DNA of 64,000 bases from an uncultured Chloroflexia bacterium (GTDB taxonomy: Bacteria > Chloroflexota > Anaerolineae > Anaerolineales > Villigracilaceae), in assembly GCA_963775435.1 (NCBI GenBank), contig CAVZIZ010000015.1:13065-77064 (forward strand), written 5' to 3'. Position 1 is the stretch's first letter. Each line of letters opens with the position of its first letter. The notes beneath the pieces are model-generated. The model saw only the letters and a list, made by a program, of their open reading frames with translations. It made no database searches and was not told where the DNA came from. Positions 1 through 9,551 of the stretch are shown here, one piece after another. The position numbers and the translations under genes were made by a program.

Positions 1-1
1 G

Positions 2-1747
2 GCTCTGACTTTCTGGCTGGGTCTGCGCCAGATCTGGCCCGAACAGCGCAGCCTCACCGCCTGGCTGACTCTCCTTTTCGCGATCTACCCGATCTTTACG
101 CTCCAGCCCCTGGCCGTGGCATACACGCTGCACTGGGTCATGTATTTGGTCTTCATGCTGTCGCTTCTGCTGATGCTGCTGGCAGCCCGGCATCCGAGGG
201 CCTTTTTCGCTCTCACGGTCGTGGCGGTGCTTCTGGAAGCCTGTCATTTGGTTTTCATTGAGTACTTCTCCGGTCTGGAGCTCTGCAGGCCCGTCTTCCT
301 TCTTCTATTGTTCGCTGATCTTCCTGCGGGGGACCGCTGGAAGAAGGTTCTCAAGATCTCCGCCCCGTACCTCCTGGTTCTGGGCTTATACGTCGTGTAT
401 CGTAGTTCTTATGGATCGATCTTCGGATACGACCGCTTCACCCCGCTGGCGACGCTCGTCGACGTCGTCCGCACCCCGCTTACGGGGCTCTTGGGCATTC
501 TACAATCCGTTCTTCAGGACCTGGTGTACGTCGTGCTCTCGCAGTGGTACGCGGCCGTGGATCCGGCCATTATCGACTTCTCACGGCCGTCTACCTTCCT
601 TATTCTTGGCAGCCTCGTAGTCTTTGCTGCCCTCGCCTATTTCGCGTTCGCGCGGCTGCACCTCTTTGATGAGGAATCCGCCACCCCGGTGCATGCCGCA
701 CCGCTGGCCGCCGCTGGAATTGTCTCGATCGTCCTTGCGATCCTGCCCTTCTGGCTCACCGGATTCTCGATATACCAAAAGAACCAGCTCTGGAGCGAGC
801 GGCTTGCATTGGCCGCCATGCCGGGCGCGAGCATGTTGGTGGTCGGCCTCACATATGCCCTCGTGGATCGGAGCCTCCACAGATTTCTTGTCCTCAGCGT
901 GTTGCTCGGAATCGGCGTGAGTTTGCAAGTCCAAATCGCGCGCAATTTTCAGGCGTCCTGGGACAAACAGCAGCAGTTCTACTGGCAGCTCTACTGGCGG
1001 GCGCCGGCATTGAAGCCGAACACGATGATTGTCTCCGACCAGGAGATCTTGTTCTACATGGGAATTTACCCGACGGCATTTGCGATCAACATGCTGTATC
1101 CTCAGGTCACTCCTCCGCCGACCGCGAGTTATTGGTTCAACGCGGGGTTTGAACACCTGAATTTTGATAAGTTCGCGGCGGGCCAAACCGATACGTTCGA
1201 GAAGTACGCCACCACTTTCACCGCTGACGTGCACAACGTGGTCGCCATCACGTTCGAGCCGGGACAGGACCAGTGCCTGTGGGTCCTTGGACCACAGCTT
1301 GCGAATGCCCGTGTCATCACCCCGCAGGCGGCTACTTGGTTGACTGTATCCAATCCGTCCCGCATCCTGGCGACATCGGAGACGATGCCGCCGGCGCAGA
1401 TCTTCGGCAGCGAGCCGGCCCGGACCTGGTGCTACTACTACGAGAAGGCAGAGTTAGCTGCGCAGTATGGTGACTGGCCCACGGCCGTTGTCCTTTGGCG
1501 CGATGCCAGCAAGCAGGGACTCCGCGCCGCCAACAGCATTGAGCTCCTGCCATTCATTGCGGCATCTGCCAGGCTGGACGACTGGGAGCAGGCAAAAACG
1601 CTGACCGCCGGGGCGCAAGCGTTGCCGGACCGTTCCACTTCTGTGCTTTGTGACCTTTGGAGGGACCTGGGGGCAACGGCTCCCCCGTCTGCACAACGGG
1701 ATCAAACCGCAGCCCTCGTGGAGTCCCAGCTAGGCTGCCAAAAGTGA
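2..1747 (+). CDS. Polytopic membrane protein, candidate GT-C-fold glycosyltransferase; 5' end runs off the window
   Basis: The reading frame is open from nt 2 with no stop before listed ORF 116..1747. Many hydrophobic helices are followed by a soluble C-terminal domain (WCYYYEKAELAAQYGDWPTAVVLW). It is a clear paralog of 2470..4470 (LTFWLGLRQIWPEQ/LAFFWLLRLLWPNR; WCYYYEKA.../WCRYYQEM...QQGDWETVV). Confidence 0.6.
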   Translation, partial: ALTFWLGLRQIWPEQRSLTAWLTLLFAIYPIFTLQPLAVAYTLHWVMYLVFMLSLLLMLLAARHPRAFFALTVVAVLLEACHLVFIEYFSGLELCRPVFLLLLFADLPAGDRWKKVLKISAPYLLVLGLYVVYRSSYGSIFGYDRFTPLATLVDVVRTPLTGLLGILQSVLQDLVYVVLSQWYAAVDPAIIDFSRPSTFLILGSLVVFAALAYFAFARLHLFDEESATPVHAAPLAAAGIVSIVLAILPFWLTGFSIYQKNQLWSERLALAAMPGASMLVVGLTYALVDRSLHRFLVLSVLLGIGVSLQVQIARNFQASWDKQQQFYWQLYWRAPALKPNTMIVSDQEILFYMGIYPTAFAINMLYPQVTPPPTASYWFNAGFEHLNFDKFAAGQTDTFEKYATTFTADVHNVVAITFEPGQDQCLWVLGPQLANARVITPQAATWLTVSNPSRILATSETMPPAQIFGSEPARTWCYYYEKAELAAQYGDWPTAVVLWRDASKQGLRAANSIELLPFIAASARLDDWEQAKTLTAGAQALPDRSTSVLCDLWRDLGATAPPSAQRDQTAALVESQLGCQK

Positions 1748-1783
1748 GAGTCCTGGGGGGCGGTTCAGTATAATGAAATCGCC

Positions 1784-2473
1784 GTGACCTACATAGCCGC
1801 GCTGGTGCCCATGCGCCATCACAGTCAGCGAGTACCGGGCAAAAACTACCGCACCCTCGCTGGCAAACCCCTGTTCCATCACATTCTGGAGACCCTGCTT
1901 GCCGTTCCGGAAATCGATCAAATCGTGGTTGATACGGATTCCGACGTGGTGATGGCTGGTCTTCGAGAGCACTTTCCGGCAGTCATGGCGATTAATCGAC
2001 CGGATCACCTTCGCGGCGACGACATTCCCATGAACTCCGTGCTCGAACACGATACAGCCGAAATTCCAGCCGACTTCTACCTCCAATCTCACTCTACGAA
2101 TCCTCTTCTGCAGCCTGGAACCGTTTCCCGGGCGATCCAGGCCTTTCTGAAAGGCTTTCCGGCTCAGCATGATTCGCTGTTTTCTGTCACGCGATGGCAG
2201 ACCCGACTCTACGATGCCTCCGGTAACGCCATCAATCATGACCCCCTGTCGCTAATACAGACTCAGGATCTGCCTCCAATTTATGAAGAGAATTCGTGCC
2301 TGTACGTGTTTACCCGTGATAATTTGGTGGCTCGGCATCACAGAATTGGTGAGCATCCCTTCCTGTTTGAAATCGCCCCTCCAGAGGCATGGGACATCGA
2401 CGACGAGCTGGACTTTGAAATCTGCGAATTCCTGATGGCGCGCCGCGGACGGCCCGCCGAGCGGGTAGCATGA
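1784..2473 (+). CDS. Acylneuraminate cytidylyltransferase-family CMP-sugar synthetase (NeuA/KdsB-like)
   Basis: GTG start. N-terminal RVPGKNYRTLAGKPLFHHILETL...VVDTDSD resembles the CTP_transf_3 family. The stop overlaps the next start (ATGA at 2470-2473). Confidence 0.7.
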   Translation: MTYIAALVPMRHHSQRVPGKNYRTLAGKPLFHHILETLLAVPEIDQIVVDTDSDVVMAGLREHFPAVMAINRPDHLRGDDIPMNSVLEHDTAEIPADFYLQSHSTNPLLQPGTVSRAIQAFLKGFPAQHDSLFSVTRWQTRLYDASGNAINHDPLSLIQTQDLPPIYEENSCLYVFTRDNLVARHHRIGEHPFLFEIAPPEAWDIDDELDFEICEFLMARRGRPAERVA

Positions 2474-4470
2474 AGCGGGGTCGCGAACCAGCTATCGCAG
2501 CTGGTCTTGTTATCGTCGTAACTATTCTTGCCTACGGGGCCCTCTTGCCGCGGTTGGGGTTCTATAGGGACGATTGGTACTTGCTGTCGACGGCCCAGTC
2601 GCAAGGGTCCGCAGGCATCGTTGCCCTCTTCCAAATCGATCGTCCGCTGGTCGGATACTTCTATGCACTTGCGTACGGCCTCTTGGGTACAGCGCCCATT
2701 GGCTGGCAGATTGCCGCCCTCTTGATGCGCCTGGCGGGCAATCTGGCGTTCTTCTGGTTGCTCCGCCTGTTGTGGCCCAACCGCCCGGCAGAGACCGTCG
2801 CAATCGCCCTGCTGTTTTCGATCTACCCCGGCTTCACCGTCGAGCCCAACGCGGCGGTCTACGTGACAGATCTGCTGGCCAACGCCTCGGCCATGTTGTC
2901 CTTCTGTCTCATGCTGAAAGCAATGCAGTCGTCCCGGCGGTCAGTGTGGATACTCTTGTCCGTGCTTGCGGGTGCCTTGGAGCTAATCTACCTCGGCTTC
3001 TTCGAGTTGGCCGTCGGTTTGGAGGTGGGGCGGTTCATTCTCGTTGGGTACGTGGTATGGAGAGAGCGCTTGCCGGCGCTGAAGGCGTCGCTCATCAAGG
3101 TCTTCAAGGCCGATTCCGCGTACCTGATGCTTGCACTGGCTTTCTTGGTCTGGCGACTGTTCTTTTTTGAGAGCTCGCGCCGCGCGACGAATCTCAATGT
3201 CCTCCTTGGTAGGTACGGTGCTTTGCCGGTGCGCTCAGCGCTTGCAGTCGTGGTGGAGACCATCAAGGACGTTATCGAAACCACGGTGCTTGCCTGGGGC
3301 GTGCCTTTCTATCAGTCCACGGCGACCGGCAACTACAGGGACCTGGCTATTGGTGTCGGCCTTGCCGTCGTCGCGGCCGTGTGCGTGCTTGTCTTTCTTC
3401 GCGCCGCACATCATCCGGAGGGTCTGATCGAAAGTGGACCTTCTACGTATCGTCATACACATCCGATCTTGCTCGGCATCTTGATTGTGTTGTTTGCCCT
3501 TTTGCCGATTGATCTGGCGGGACGCAACGTGCTTTTTGCCGATCAGTGGGATCGCTACACCATCTACGCATCCTCCGGCGTGGCGATGGTAGTGGGAGGC
3601 GCCGTATTTCACTTTTTCCAAGGTTCTGCCCGCCGGATCCTGCTTCTGGCGCTCATAGGCAGTGCCGTTGTCGTCCACTATTTCAGCGCCGCCTGGTACC
3701 GCGACTTCTGGACGTGGCAACGGGATGCCTGGCAGCAGCTAGTCTGGCGGGCGCCGGCGATTAATCGTGGCACCATGCTCTTTCTAACCCTGCCTTTCGC
3801 CGGATATCAGGAGGGTTACGAGATCTACGGTCCGGCAAACATCATCTATTATCCCGGCCAAGACCTTCGGATCGGAGGAGACGTCCTGAACCCGGCCACG
3901 GCTGCGAACATTGAGTTGCAGAAGGACCGCCAGCACTATGATCGCAGCGTGCTGGTCGAAGATAACTACAAGTCTGTTCTGATGGCTGTGTATCCTTCGA
4001 CGACGTCCTGCTTGCATGTCCTGGACGGGCGCAAAGTCGAATTGCCTGGGCTTATCGACGACTCTCTCGTGGCTGACGTCGCTCCCTACTCACGCATCGA
4101 TCTGATCGACCCGGGCGCACCCGCGGCGACACTGCCACAATTCCTTGGAGGAGAGAAGCCGTCGCCGTGGTGTCGCTACTATCAAGAAATGGACCGGGCT
4201 CGCCAGCAGGGAGACTGGGAAACGGTGGTTCGCCTTGCCGATGATGCCCAGGGAAAGGGCCTTACGCCTGAGGACGTTTCGGAGTGGATGCCTGCCTTGG
4301 AGGCCTATGCGACGACCGGGCGGAGTCAGGCGGCGCGTCACGCAGCCTCCATCGTCCGCTCGGATGATCGGGCTCGGGCGTTCCTATGCATACAGCTTCA
4401 GAGGGGGGCAGCCTATCCGCCTCCGTACGACTATAATCTTGTCAATCAATTGCTCTGCCAGGCAAACTGA
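2470..4470 (+). CDS. Polytopic membrane protein, candidate GT-C-fold glycosyltransferase (paralog of 2..1747)
   Basis: 666-aa ORF. An acidic DDW motif follows the first helix (GFYRDDWYLL), as in the first external loop of GT-C enzymes. More than 10 hydrophobic segments precede a soluble C-terminal domain shared with gene 1. Confidence 0.6.
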   Translation: MKRGREPAIAAGLVIVVTILAYGALLPRLGFYRDDWYLLSTAQSQGSAGIVALFQIDRPLVGYFYALAYGLLGTAPIGWQIAALLMRLAGNLAFFWLLRLLWPNRPAETVAIALLFSIYPGFTVEPNAAVYVTDLLANASAMLSFCLMLKAMQSSRRSVWILLSVLAGALELIYLGFFELAVGLEVGRFILVGYVVWRERLPALKASLIKVFKADSAYLMLALAFLVWRLFFFESSRRATNLNVLLGRYGALPVRSALAVVVETIKDVIETTVLAWGVPFYQSTATGNYRDLAIGVGLAVVAAVCVLVFLRAAHHPEGLIESGPSTYRHTHPILLGILIVLFALLPIDLAGRNVLFADQWDRYTIYASSGVAMVVGGAVFHFFQGSARRILLLALIGSAVVVHYFSAAWYRDFWTWQRDAWQQLVWRAPAINRGTMLFLTLPFAGYQEGYEIYGPANIIYYPGQDLRIGGDVLNPATAANIELQKDRQHYDRSVLVEDNYKSVLMAVYPSTTSCLHVLDGRKVELPGLIDDSLVADVAPYSRIDLIDPGAPAATLPQFLGGEKPSPWCRYYQEMDRARQQGDWETVVRLADDAQGKGLTPEDVSEWMPALEAYATTGRSQAARHAASIVRSDDRARAFLCIQLQRGAAYPPPYDYNLVNQLLCQAN

Positions 4471-5426
4471 TGCCCACCGTCCTCTTCAGCGCCCCCTACA
4501 TGATACCCGTGCTGGCCCGCTTCAAGCCGGCCTTTGAGAGGCATGGGATTGACTTACTCGTGCCTGACGTTCGCGAGCGGATGGAGGAGCACAATCTCCT
4601 GTCCTTGGCGGGTCAATTTGACGGCGCAGTGTGCGGAGACGATCTCTTTACGGCCACAGTTCTGGAAGCCTGCGCTCCCCGGCTGAAGGTTATCTCGAAG
4701 TGGGGCACCGGGGTGGATTCGATTGACGCCGAGGCATGCAACCGGCTCGGCATCCAATTGTTCCGGACGCCCAACGCGTTCACAGCGGCTGTGGCCGACA
4801 GTGTCATGGGATACATCCTCGCCTTCGCGCGTCGTCAACCGTGGATGGACCGGGCGATGAAGGGCGGCAAGTGGAGCAAGCTTCCGGGACGAGCCCTCGA
4901 AGAATGCACGCTCGGCATCATCGGCGTGGGCAATATCGGAAAAGCGGTCACGCGGCGGGCCCGCGCATTCGGAGCTGAGGTGCTAGGCACTGATATCGTG
5001 GAGATTGACCGCGCCTTCGTGGCCGAGACCGGAATCGAGATGACCAGTTTTGAGGAGCTCCTGGGGCGCAGCGATTTCATCAGTATCAACTGCGATCTGA
5101 ATCCCACAAGCCGCCATCTGATGAATCATGAGGCCTTTGCAAAAGTCAAACAAGGTGCGGTTCTGATCAACACAGCCCGGGGTCCAATTGTCACCGAGCA
5201 GGCGCTGGTCGAGTCCCTGCGGTCTGGTCGCCTTGCAGGAGCCGCTCTGGACGTGTTCGAGGCGGAGCCGCTCCCGCCCGGCAGCGAACTTCTGAAAGCG
5301 TCCAACGTACTTCTTGCTCCCCACAATGCGAACTCCAGTCCTAGGGCCTGGGAGCGTGTGCACCAGAACACCATCCGCAATCTGTTTGCCGGATTGGGAA
5401 TCGTGGACAAGGCCACGGTGCTTTAG
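4470..5426 (+). CDS. D-isomer-specific 2-hydroxyacid dehydrogenase family (phosphoglycerate dehydrogenase-like)
   Basis: NAD fold motif GIIGVGNIGKAV, LINTARGPIV, and a catalytic-region APHNANSS-type ending. The start overlaps the upstream stop by 1 nt. Confidence 0.85.
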   Translation: MPTVLFSAPYMIPVLARFKPAFERHGIDLLVPDVRERMEEHNLLSLAGQFDGAVCGDDLFTATVLEACAPRLKVISKWGTGVDSIDAEACNRLGIQLFRTPNAFTAAVADSVMGYILAFARRQPWMDRAMKGGKWSKLPGRALEECTLGIIGVGNIGKAVTRRARAFGAEVLGTDIVEIDRAFVAETGIEMTSFEELLGRSDFISINCDLNPTSRHLMNHEAFAKVKQGAVLINTARGPIVTEQALVESLRSGRLAGAALDVFEAEPLPPGSELLKASNVLLAPHNANSSPRAWERVHQNTIRNLFAGLGIVDKATVL

Positions 5427-5468
5427 GATGCCGCCGATTTCACGGCGGGAAGGGATGCCATTGCACGC

Positions 5469-6221
5469 ATGACTCACACAGCGCTTATTACAGGCGCGGC
5501 GGGTGGGATTGGAAGGGCTGCGGTTGCGCTCTTTCATGCCCGGGGCTGGCAGGTTATCGGAGTGGACCGCGCCGAGGTCGCTGCTGACTTTCCGCCGGGC
5601 GATGTCTTCATTCAATCGGACATCTCCCGCCCGGACGACATGCAAACAATCTTCGATCGGGTTCGCGCCAAGGCCAAGTCCCTGGATGCCCTCGTCAATA
5701 ATGCCGCCATGCAGATTGCCAAGCCGCTGGTGGAAACATCGGCCGAGGAGTGGGACGCCGTGATGGCGTCCAACCTGCGCTCTGTGTTTCTGGGGGCAAA
5801 GTTTGCGCATCCCCTGCTGGCCTTGGCTGGCGGCGCCATCGTCAACGTGTCGTCCGTTCATGCGATTCAGACCTCTGCGAATATCGCCGCCTATGCGGCC
5901 TCCAAGGGAGGACTACTGGCCCTCACGCGCGCCCTGGCGATAGAGTTCGCGTCCGACAACATTCGGGTGAATGCCATCCTGCCGGGCGCGGTGGATACAC
6001 CGATGCTTCGCGCCGGTCTCAGCCGGGGACATGCGGGGCATGGCGACGTGCACGAACGCCTGGAGAACCTGGCGCGCAGGACTGTCAACGGCAGAGTGGG
6101 TAAGCCCGAGGAGATCGCAACCGCGATCTACTTCCTCGCCGATAACACCCAGTCCTCTTTCATGACCGGCCAGGCTTTGGTGGTCGACGGCGGTGCCACC
6201 GCCCGGCTGAGCACGGAATAG
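5469..6221 (+). CDS. Short-chain dehydrogenase/reductase (SDR)
   Basis: TGAAGGIG cofactor motif, NNAA, and the S...YAASKGG (YxxxK) catalytic motif, with the classic ~250-aa length. Confidence 0.85.
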   Translation: MTHTALITGAAGGIGRAAVALFHARGWQVIGVDRAEVAADFPPGDVFIQSDISRPDDMQTIFDRVRAKAKSLDALVNNAAMQIAKPLVETSAEEWDAVMASNLRSVFLGAKFAHPLLALAGGAIVNVSSVHAIQTSANIAAYAASKGGLLALTRALAIEFASDNIRVNAILPGAVDTPMLRAGLSRGHAGHGDVHERLENLARRTVNGRVGKPEEIATAIYFLADNTQSSFMTGQALVVDGGATARLSTE

Positions 6222-6282
6222 GGTCTGGACGGGGAATTTGCCGCCAGCATTGGGGCGGGCCTCCCATCGTCATTCCTCGCCA

Positions 6283-7098
6283 ATGAAGCAAAGTATCAAG
6301 GAGCTTGTGCCCGAACCAGTGCTTGCGCCCATCCGCGAAAGCTATCTCTCCTTGCGCCGGCTGCCGGCTCTGCCGTATGCATATTTGCACCCCTGGCGTC
6401 GGAAGAGTGTTTCGGCCCTTGGCGAGCTGCATAACCTGTACGCGGGCCAACGTGCGTTCATTATTGGCAACGGTCCGAGCCTGAGAAACACGGACCTCTC
6501 ATTGCTGGGCAAGGACTTCACCTTCGGTCTGAATCGTATCTACCTCATGTTCTCCACCACGGGCTTCTCCACCTCCTGCCTCGTGTCCGTAAACGATCTG
6601 GTTGTACAACAATGCGTGACCGAGATGCAGGCTCTTTCCGTCCCGCGGTTTTTCTCCTGGCACTCGCGTTCCTACTTCCCGTCGTCGACCTCTGCGGCCA
6701 ATCTGCCCACGTTCCTGTACACGACTTATGAAAGTCCGGGCTTCGCCCGCGACGTCCGCGGACGTGTCTGGGAAGGCGCCACGGTCACGTACGTGGCCCT
6801 GCAACTCGCTTTTCACATGGGCTTCAGCCGCGTGATCCTCGTGGGCGTCGATCACGACTTCGTAAGCCGGGGGGAGGCCAACAAGACGGTCGTGTCCCAG
6901 GGCGATGACCCCAATCACTTCTCCCCCAGATACTTCGGCAAAGGTTTCCGCTGGCAGCTGCCGGATCTTGCGACGTCTGAGATCGCATATCAGATGGCTC
7001 GCGACGCGTACGAGCGGGACGGGCGCGAGGTCATCGATGCAACCGTCGGTGGAAAGTTGGCGGTTTTCCCCAAAGCCGACTACGCATCCCTCTTCTGA
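6283..7098 (+). CDS. GNGPSL-motif protein (DUF115/MptE-like, Maf/sialyltransferase-like putative CMP-sugar-dependent transferase)
   Basis: FIIGNGPSLRNTDLSLL, GLNRIY and ILVGVDHDF motifs. ATG at 6283; the listed ORF starts at a TTG at 6238. Confidence 0.55.
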   Translation: MKQSIKELVPEPVLAPIRESYLSLRRLPALPYAYLHPWRRKSVSALGELHNLYAGQRAFIIGNGPSLRNTDLSLLGKDFTFGLNRIYLMFSTTGFSTSCLVSVNDLVVQQCVTEMQALSVPRFFSWHSRSYFPSSTSAANLPTFLYTTYESPGFARDVRGRVWEGATVTYVALQLAFHMGFSRVILVGVDHDFVSRGEANKTVVSQGDDPNHFSPRYFGKGFRWQLPDLATSEIAYQMARDAYERDGREVIDATVGGKLAVFPKADYASLF

Positions 7099-8582
7099 TG
7101 AGATTCCTCTCAAGCTCTCCCCGCAGGATTTGGCTGACCGCGTTGGTCTTGTTGACGGCACTGGGCGGCGTACTGCGCCTCATCAACCTCAGCGCACCGC
7201 CGCTTGACTTTCAACCCACGCGTCAGCTGCGTAATTCGCTTGTGGCCCGGGCCATCTACTACGACGCCCTGCCCGGCGCCGATGCGCAGAAACGCGCCCT
7301 GGCCGATTCGTTCCGCCGCGCGGTTGGACAATATGAACCACCGATTACCGAGTCCATCGTGGGCTTCACCTTTCTGTTGACCGGAGGGGAGTTGTTCGCC
7401 GTGCCGCGCCTTTTTGGCGCGTTAGTCTGGTTGCTGGCTGGCATTGCCCTCTTGGATCTGGCCCGTCGAATTTCATCGCCGGCTGCCGCGCTGATAGCGC
7501 TGGCCTACTATCTTGTTTTGCCGTTCGCTGTCCAAGCCAGCCGTTCGTTTCAACCGGATCCCTTGATGACAGCCTCCTTCGTCGCCGGCATCTACTTCCT
7601 GTACCGCTGGATGCACGACCAGAAATGGAAATGGGCGCTGCTGGGCGCCATCTTTGCCGGTTTTGCCGTCCTCGTGAAGATTGTGATTGTGTTCCCGGTT
7701 ATGGGGGCTGCCGTTGCCATCGTGCTGGTGGCCCTGGGGCGGCGTTTTTGGCGATCGTCCCAAGTATGGGTAATGATCGCCATCATGGCCATTCCCGCTT
7801 CCGCATATTACATACTCGGGCATCCAGGCCGCTCCACCGAGTATTTCTTCGCCTGGACCGTGGGTTTGATTGCGTTGATCACCAGTCCGCACTTCTACGC
7901 GGATTGGCTTGGATTCTTGGGCAGCCTCTTTGGCCTTACGATCCTGTTCTTGAGCCTTGCCGGCACATGCCTTGCGCCGCGGCGCGCCCGGTGGCTGCTC
8001 GTGGGTCTGTGGCTTGGATACCTGACTTACGGCTTGATGCTGCCGTTCCAGATGTACACCCACAGCTACTATCACATTCAGCTGATTCCGGTCGTGGCCC
8101 TGGGACTGGCGCCGTTGGTCGACGGCATCATCGAGCGCGCACGCGGTCTGGATCGGGTATGGCGCTGGGCATTCGTGGTGCCGCTGGTCGTCTTCTTGGC
8201 TTACGAGTCCTGGGCCGCGCGGTCCACGCTTGTCACCGAGAATTTCTCTGAGGCGCCTCAACTCTGGGAGTCGATTGGGGCTGCCTTGCCGCAAGACGCG
8301 GACGTCATTGCACTAACGCAGGACTATGGCTTCGATCTGATGTATTGGGGCTGGCGCAAAGTGGACCTGTGGCCGATCACCACGAATTTGGCGGCGTTCA
8401 AAAACAGTCAGCGGGACCTGGCGGCCCGTTTCTTGGAGCTTACCGCTGGGGACCGGTACTTCCTCGTAACGGCGTTTGGTCAATTGGATAGCCAACCAGA
8501 GCTCAGGAAGATCCTGGAATCCTACCCGGTCGCGGCGCAGGGATCGGGATACGTAGTGTACGACCTTCAAGCTCCACAATGA
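7098..8582 (+). CDS. ArnT/PMT-like (GT39-like, GT-C fold) membrane glycosyltransferase candidate
   Basis: 494-aa polytopic protein with a short soluble C-terminal domain ending GYVVYDLQAPQ. It is a paralog of 9552..11074. The start overlaps the upstream stop (TGATG). Confidence 0.55.
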   Translation: MRFLSSSPRRIWLTALVLLTALGGVLRLINLSAPPLDFQPTRQLRNSLVARAIYYDALPGADAQKRALADSFRRAVGQYEPPITESIVGFTFLLTGGELFAVPRLFGALVWLLAGIALLDLARRISSPAAALIALAYYLVLPFAVQASRSFQPDPLMTASFVAGIYFLYRWMHDQKWKWALLGAIFAGFAVLVKIVIVFPVMGAAVAIVLVALGRRFWRSSQVWVMIAIMAIPASAYYILGHPGRSTEYFFAWTVGLIALITSPHFYADWLGFLGSLFGLTILFLSLAGTCLAPRRARWLLVGLWLGYLTYGLMLPFQMYTHSYYHIQLIPVVALGLAPLVDGIIERARGLDRVWRWAFVVPLVVFLAYESWAARSTLVTENFSEAPQLWESIGAALPQDADVIALTQDYGFDLMYWGWRKVDLWPITTNLAAFKNSQRDLAARFLELTAGDRYFLVTAFGQLDSQPELRKILESYPVAAQGSGYVVYDLQAPQ

Positions 8583-9508
8583 CCCTGGTATCCATCATCA
8601 CCCCCTCATTTAATCAGCGTGCCTTCATCCGGCAGACAATGCTCTCTGTCTTGGAGCAGGATTATCCCCACGTGGAGTACCTCTTGGTTGACGGCGGCTC
8701 AACCGACGGCAGCTTGGAAATCATCCGGGAGTATGCGGATCGGCTGACATGGTGGCTAAGTGAGCCGGACGCCGGACAGGCCGAAGCCATCAACAAAGGG
8801 CTGGCACGTGCCCGAGGCGAAATCGTGGCCTGGCTGAATTCCGATGACTTCTATCTGCAGGGCGCAGTCGGGGCTGCGGTGCGCGCCTTCGAGGCCCATC
8901 CCGCGGCCGTTTTGGCGTATGCGAACATGCAGGCCGTGGACGAGCGCAACGGGATCATCAATTTGTTGACCTACGAGCAGCACTCGCTCGAGGATCTGAT
9001 GTGCTTCCAAATCATCGGGCAGCCCGCCACCTTCATGCGAATGAGCGCTCTGCGCGCGGCGGGAGGACTGGATCCTGCTTTTCACTTTCTTCTTGATCAT
9101 CAACTGTGGCTCAGATTGGCTCTGCAGGGCGATATTCTGCATGTGGATCAAACTTGGGCAGCTGCGCGCTATCATCCACAGGCGAAAAACCTGGCGAGTG
9201 CCCCAGGCTTCGCGCGCGAAGCGTTCCAGGTGCTGGACTGGGAATCGCACTACGAACCGCTGCGGCACCGATATCAGGCGATCGAGCGTCGGGCCCGGGC
9301 GTCAGCCTACCGGGTGAAATCCCGGTACCTGCTCGATGGCCGCAAGCCGGGGCCCGCATTGAAGGCGTGGTTGCGCGCCTTCGAAATTCACCCACCGACG
9401 GCTCTGGCGCGTTTGAATCTGTTGGTCTCGGCTCTGCTCGAATCCATCGGTCTGGGCCGGTTGCGGCAGGAGATCCTGCGGCGACGCCACAAGCGCCTGT
9501 CTGCCTGA
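8579..9508 (+). CDS. Family 2 glycosyltransferase
   Basis: VSIITPSFNQ...VDGGSTDGS...LNSDD motifs (GT-A fold, DxD). ATGA overlap with the upstream gene. Paralog of 11997..12779. Confidence 0.85.
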   Translation: MTLVSIITPSFNQRAFIRQTMLSVLEQDYPHVEYLLVDGGSTDGSLEIIREYADRLTWWLSEPDAGQAEAINKGLARARGEIVAWLNSDDFYLQGAVGAAVRAFEAHPAAVLAYANMQAVDERNGIINLLTYEQHSLEDLMCFQIIGQPATFMRMSALRAAGGLDPAFHFLLDHQLWLRLALQGDILHVDQTWAAARYHPQAKNLASAPGFAREAFQVLDWESHYEPLRHRYQAIERRARASAYRVKSRYLLDGRKPGPALKAWLRAFEIHPPTALARLNLLVSALLESIGLGRLRQEILRRRHKRLSA

Positions 9509-9551
9509 CGGCGGGCCCCGTTTGTTCCCCGCGTTACAATTGACAACTCTG

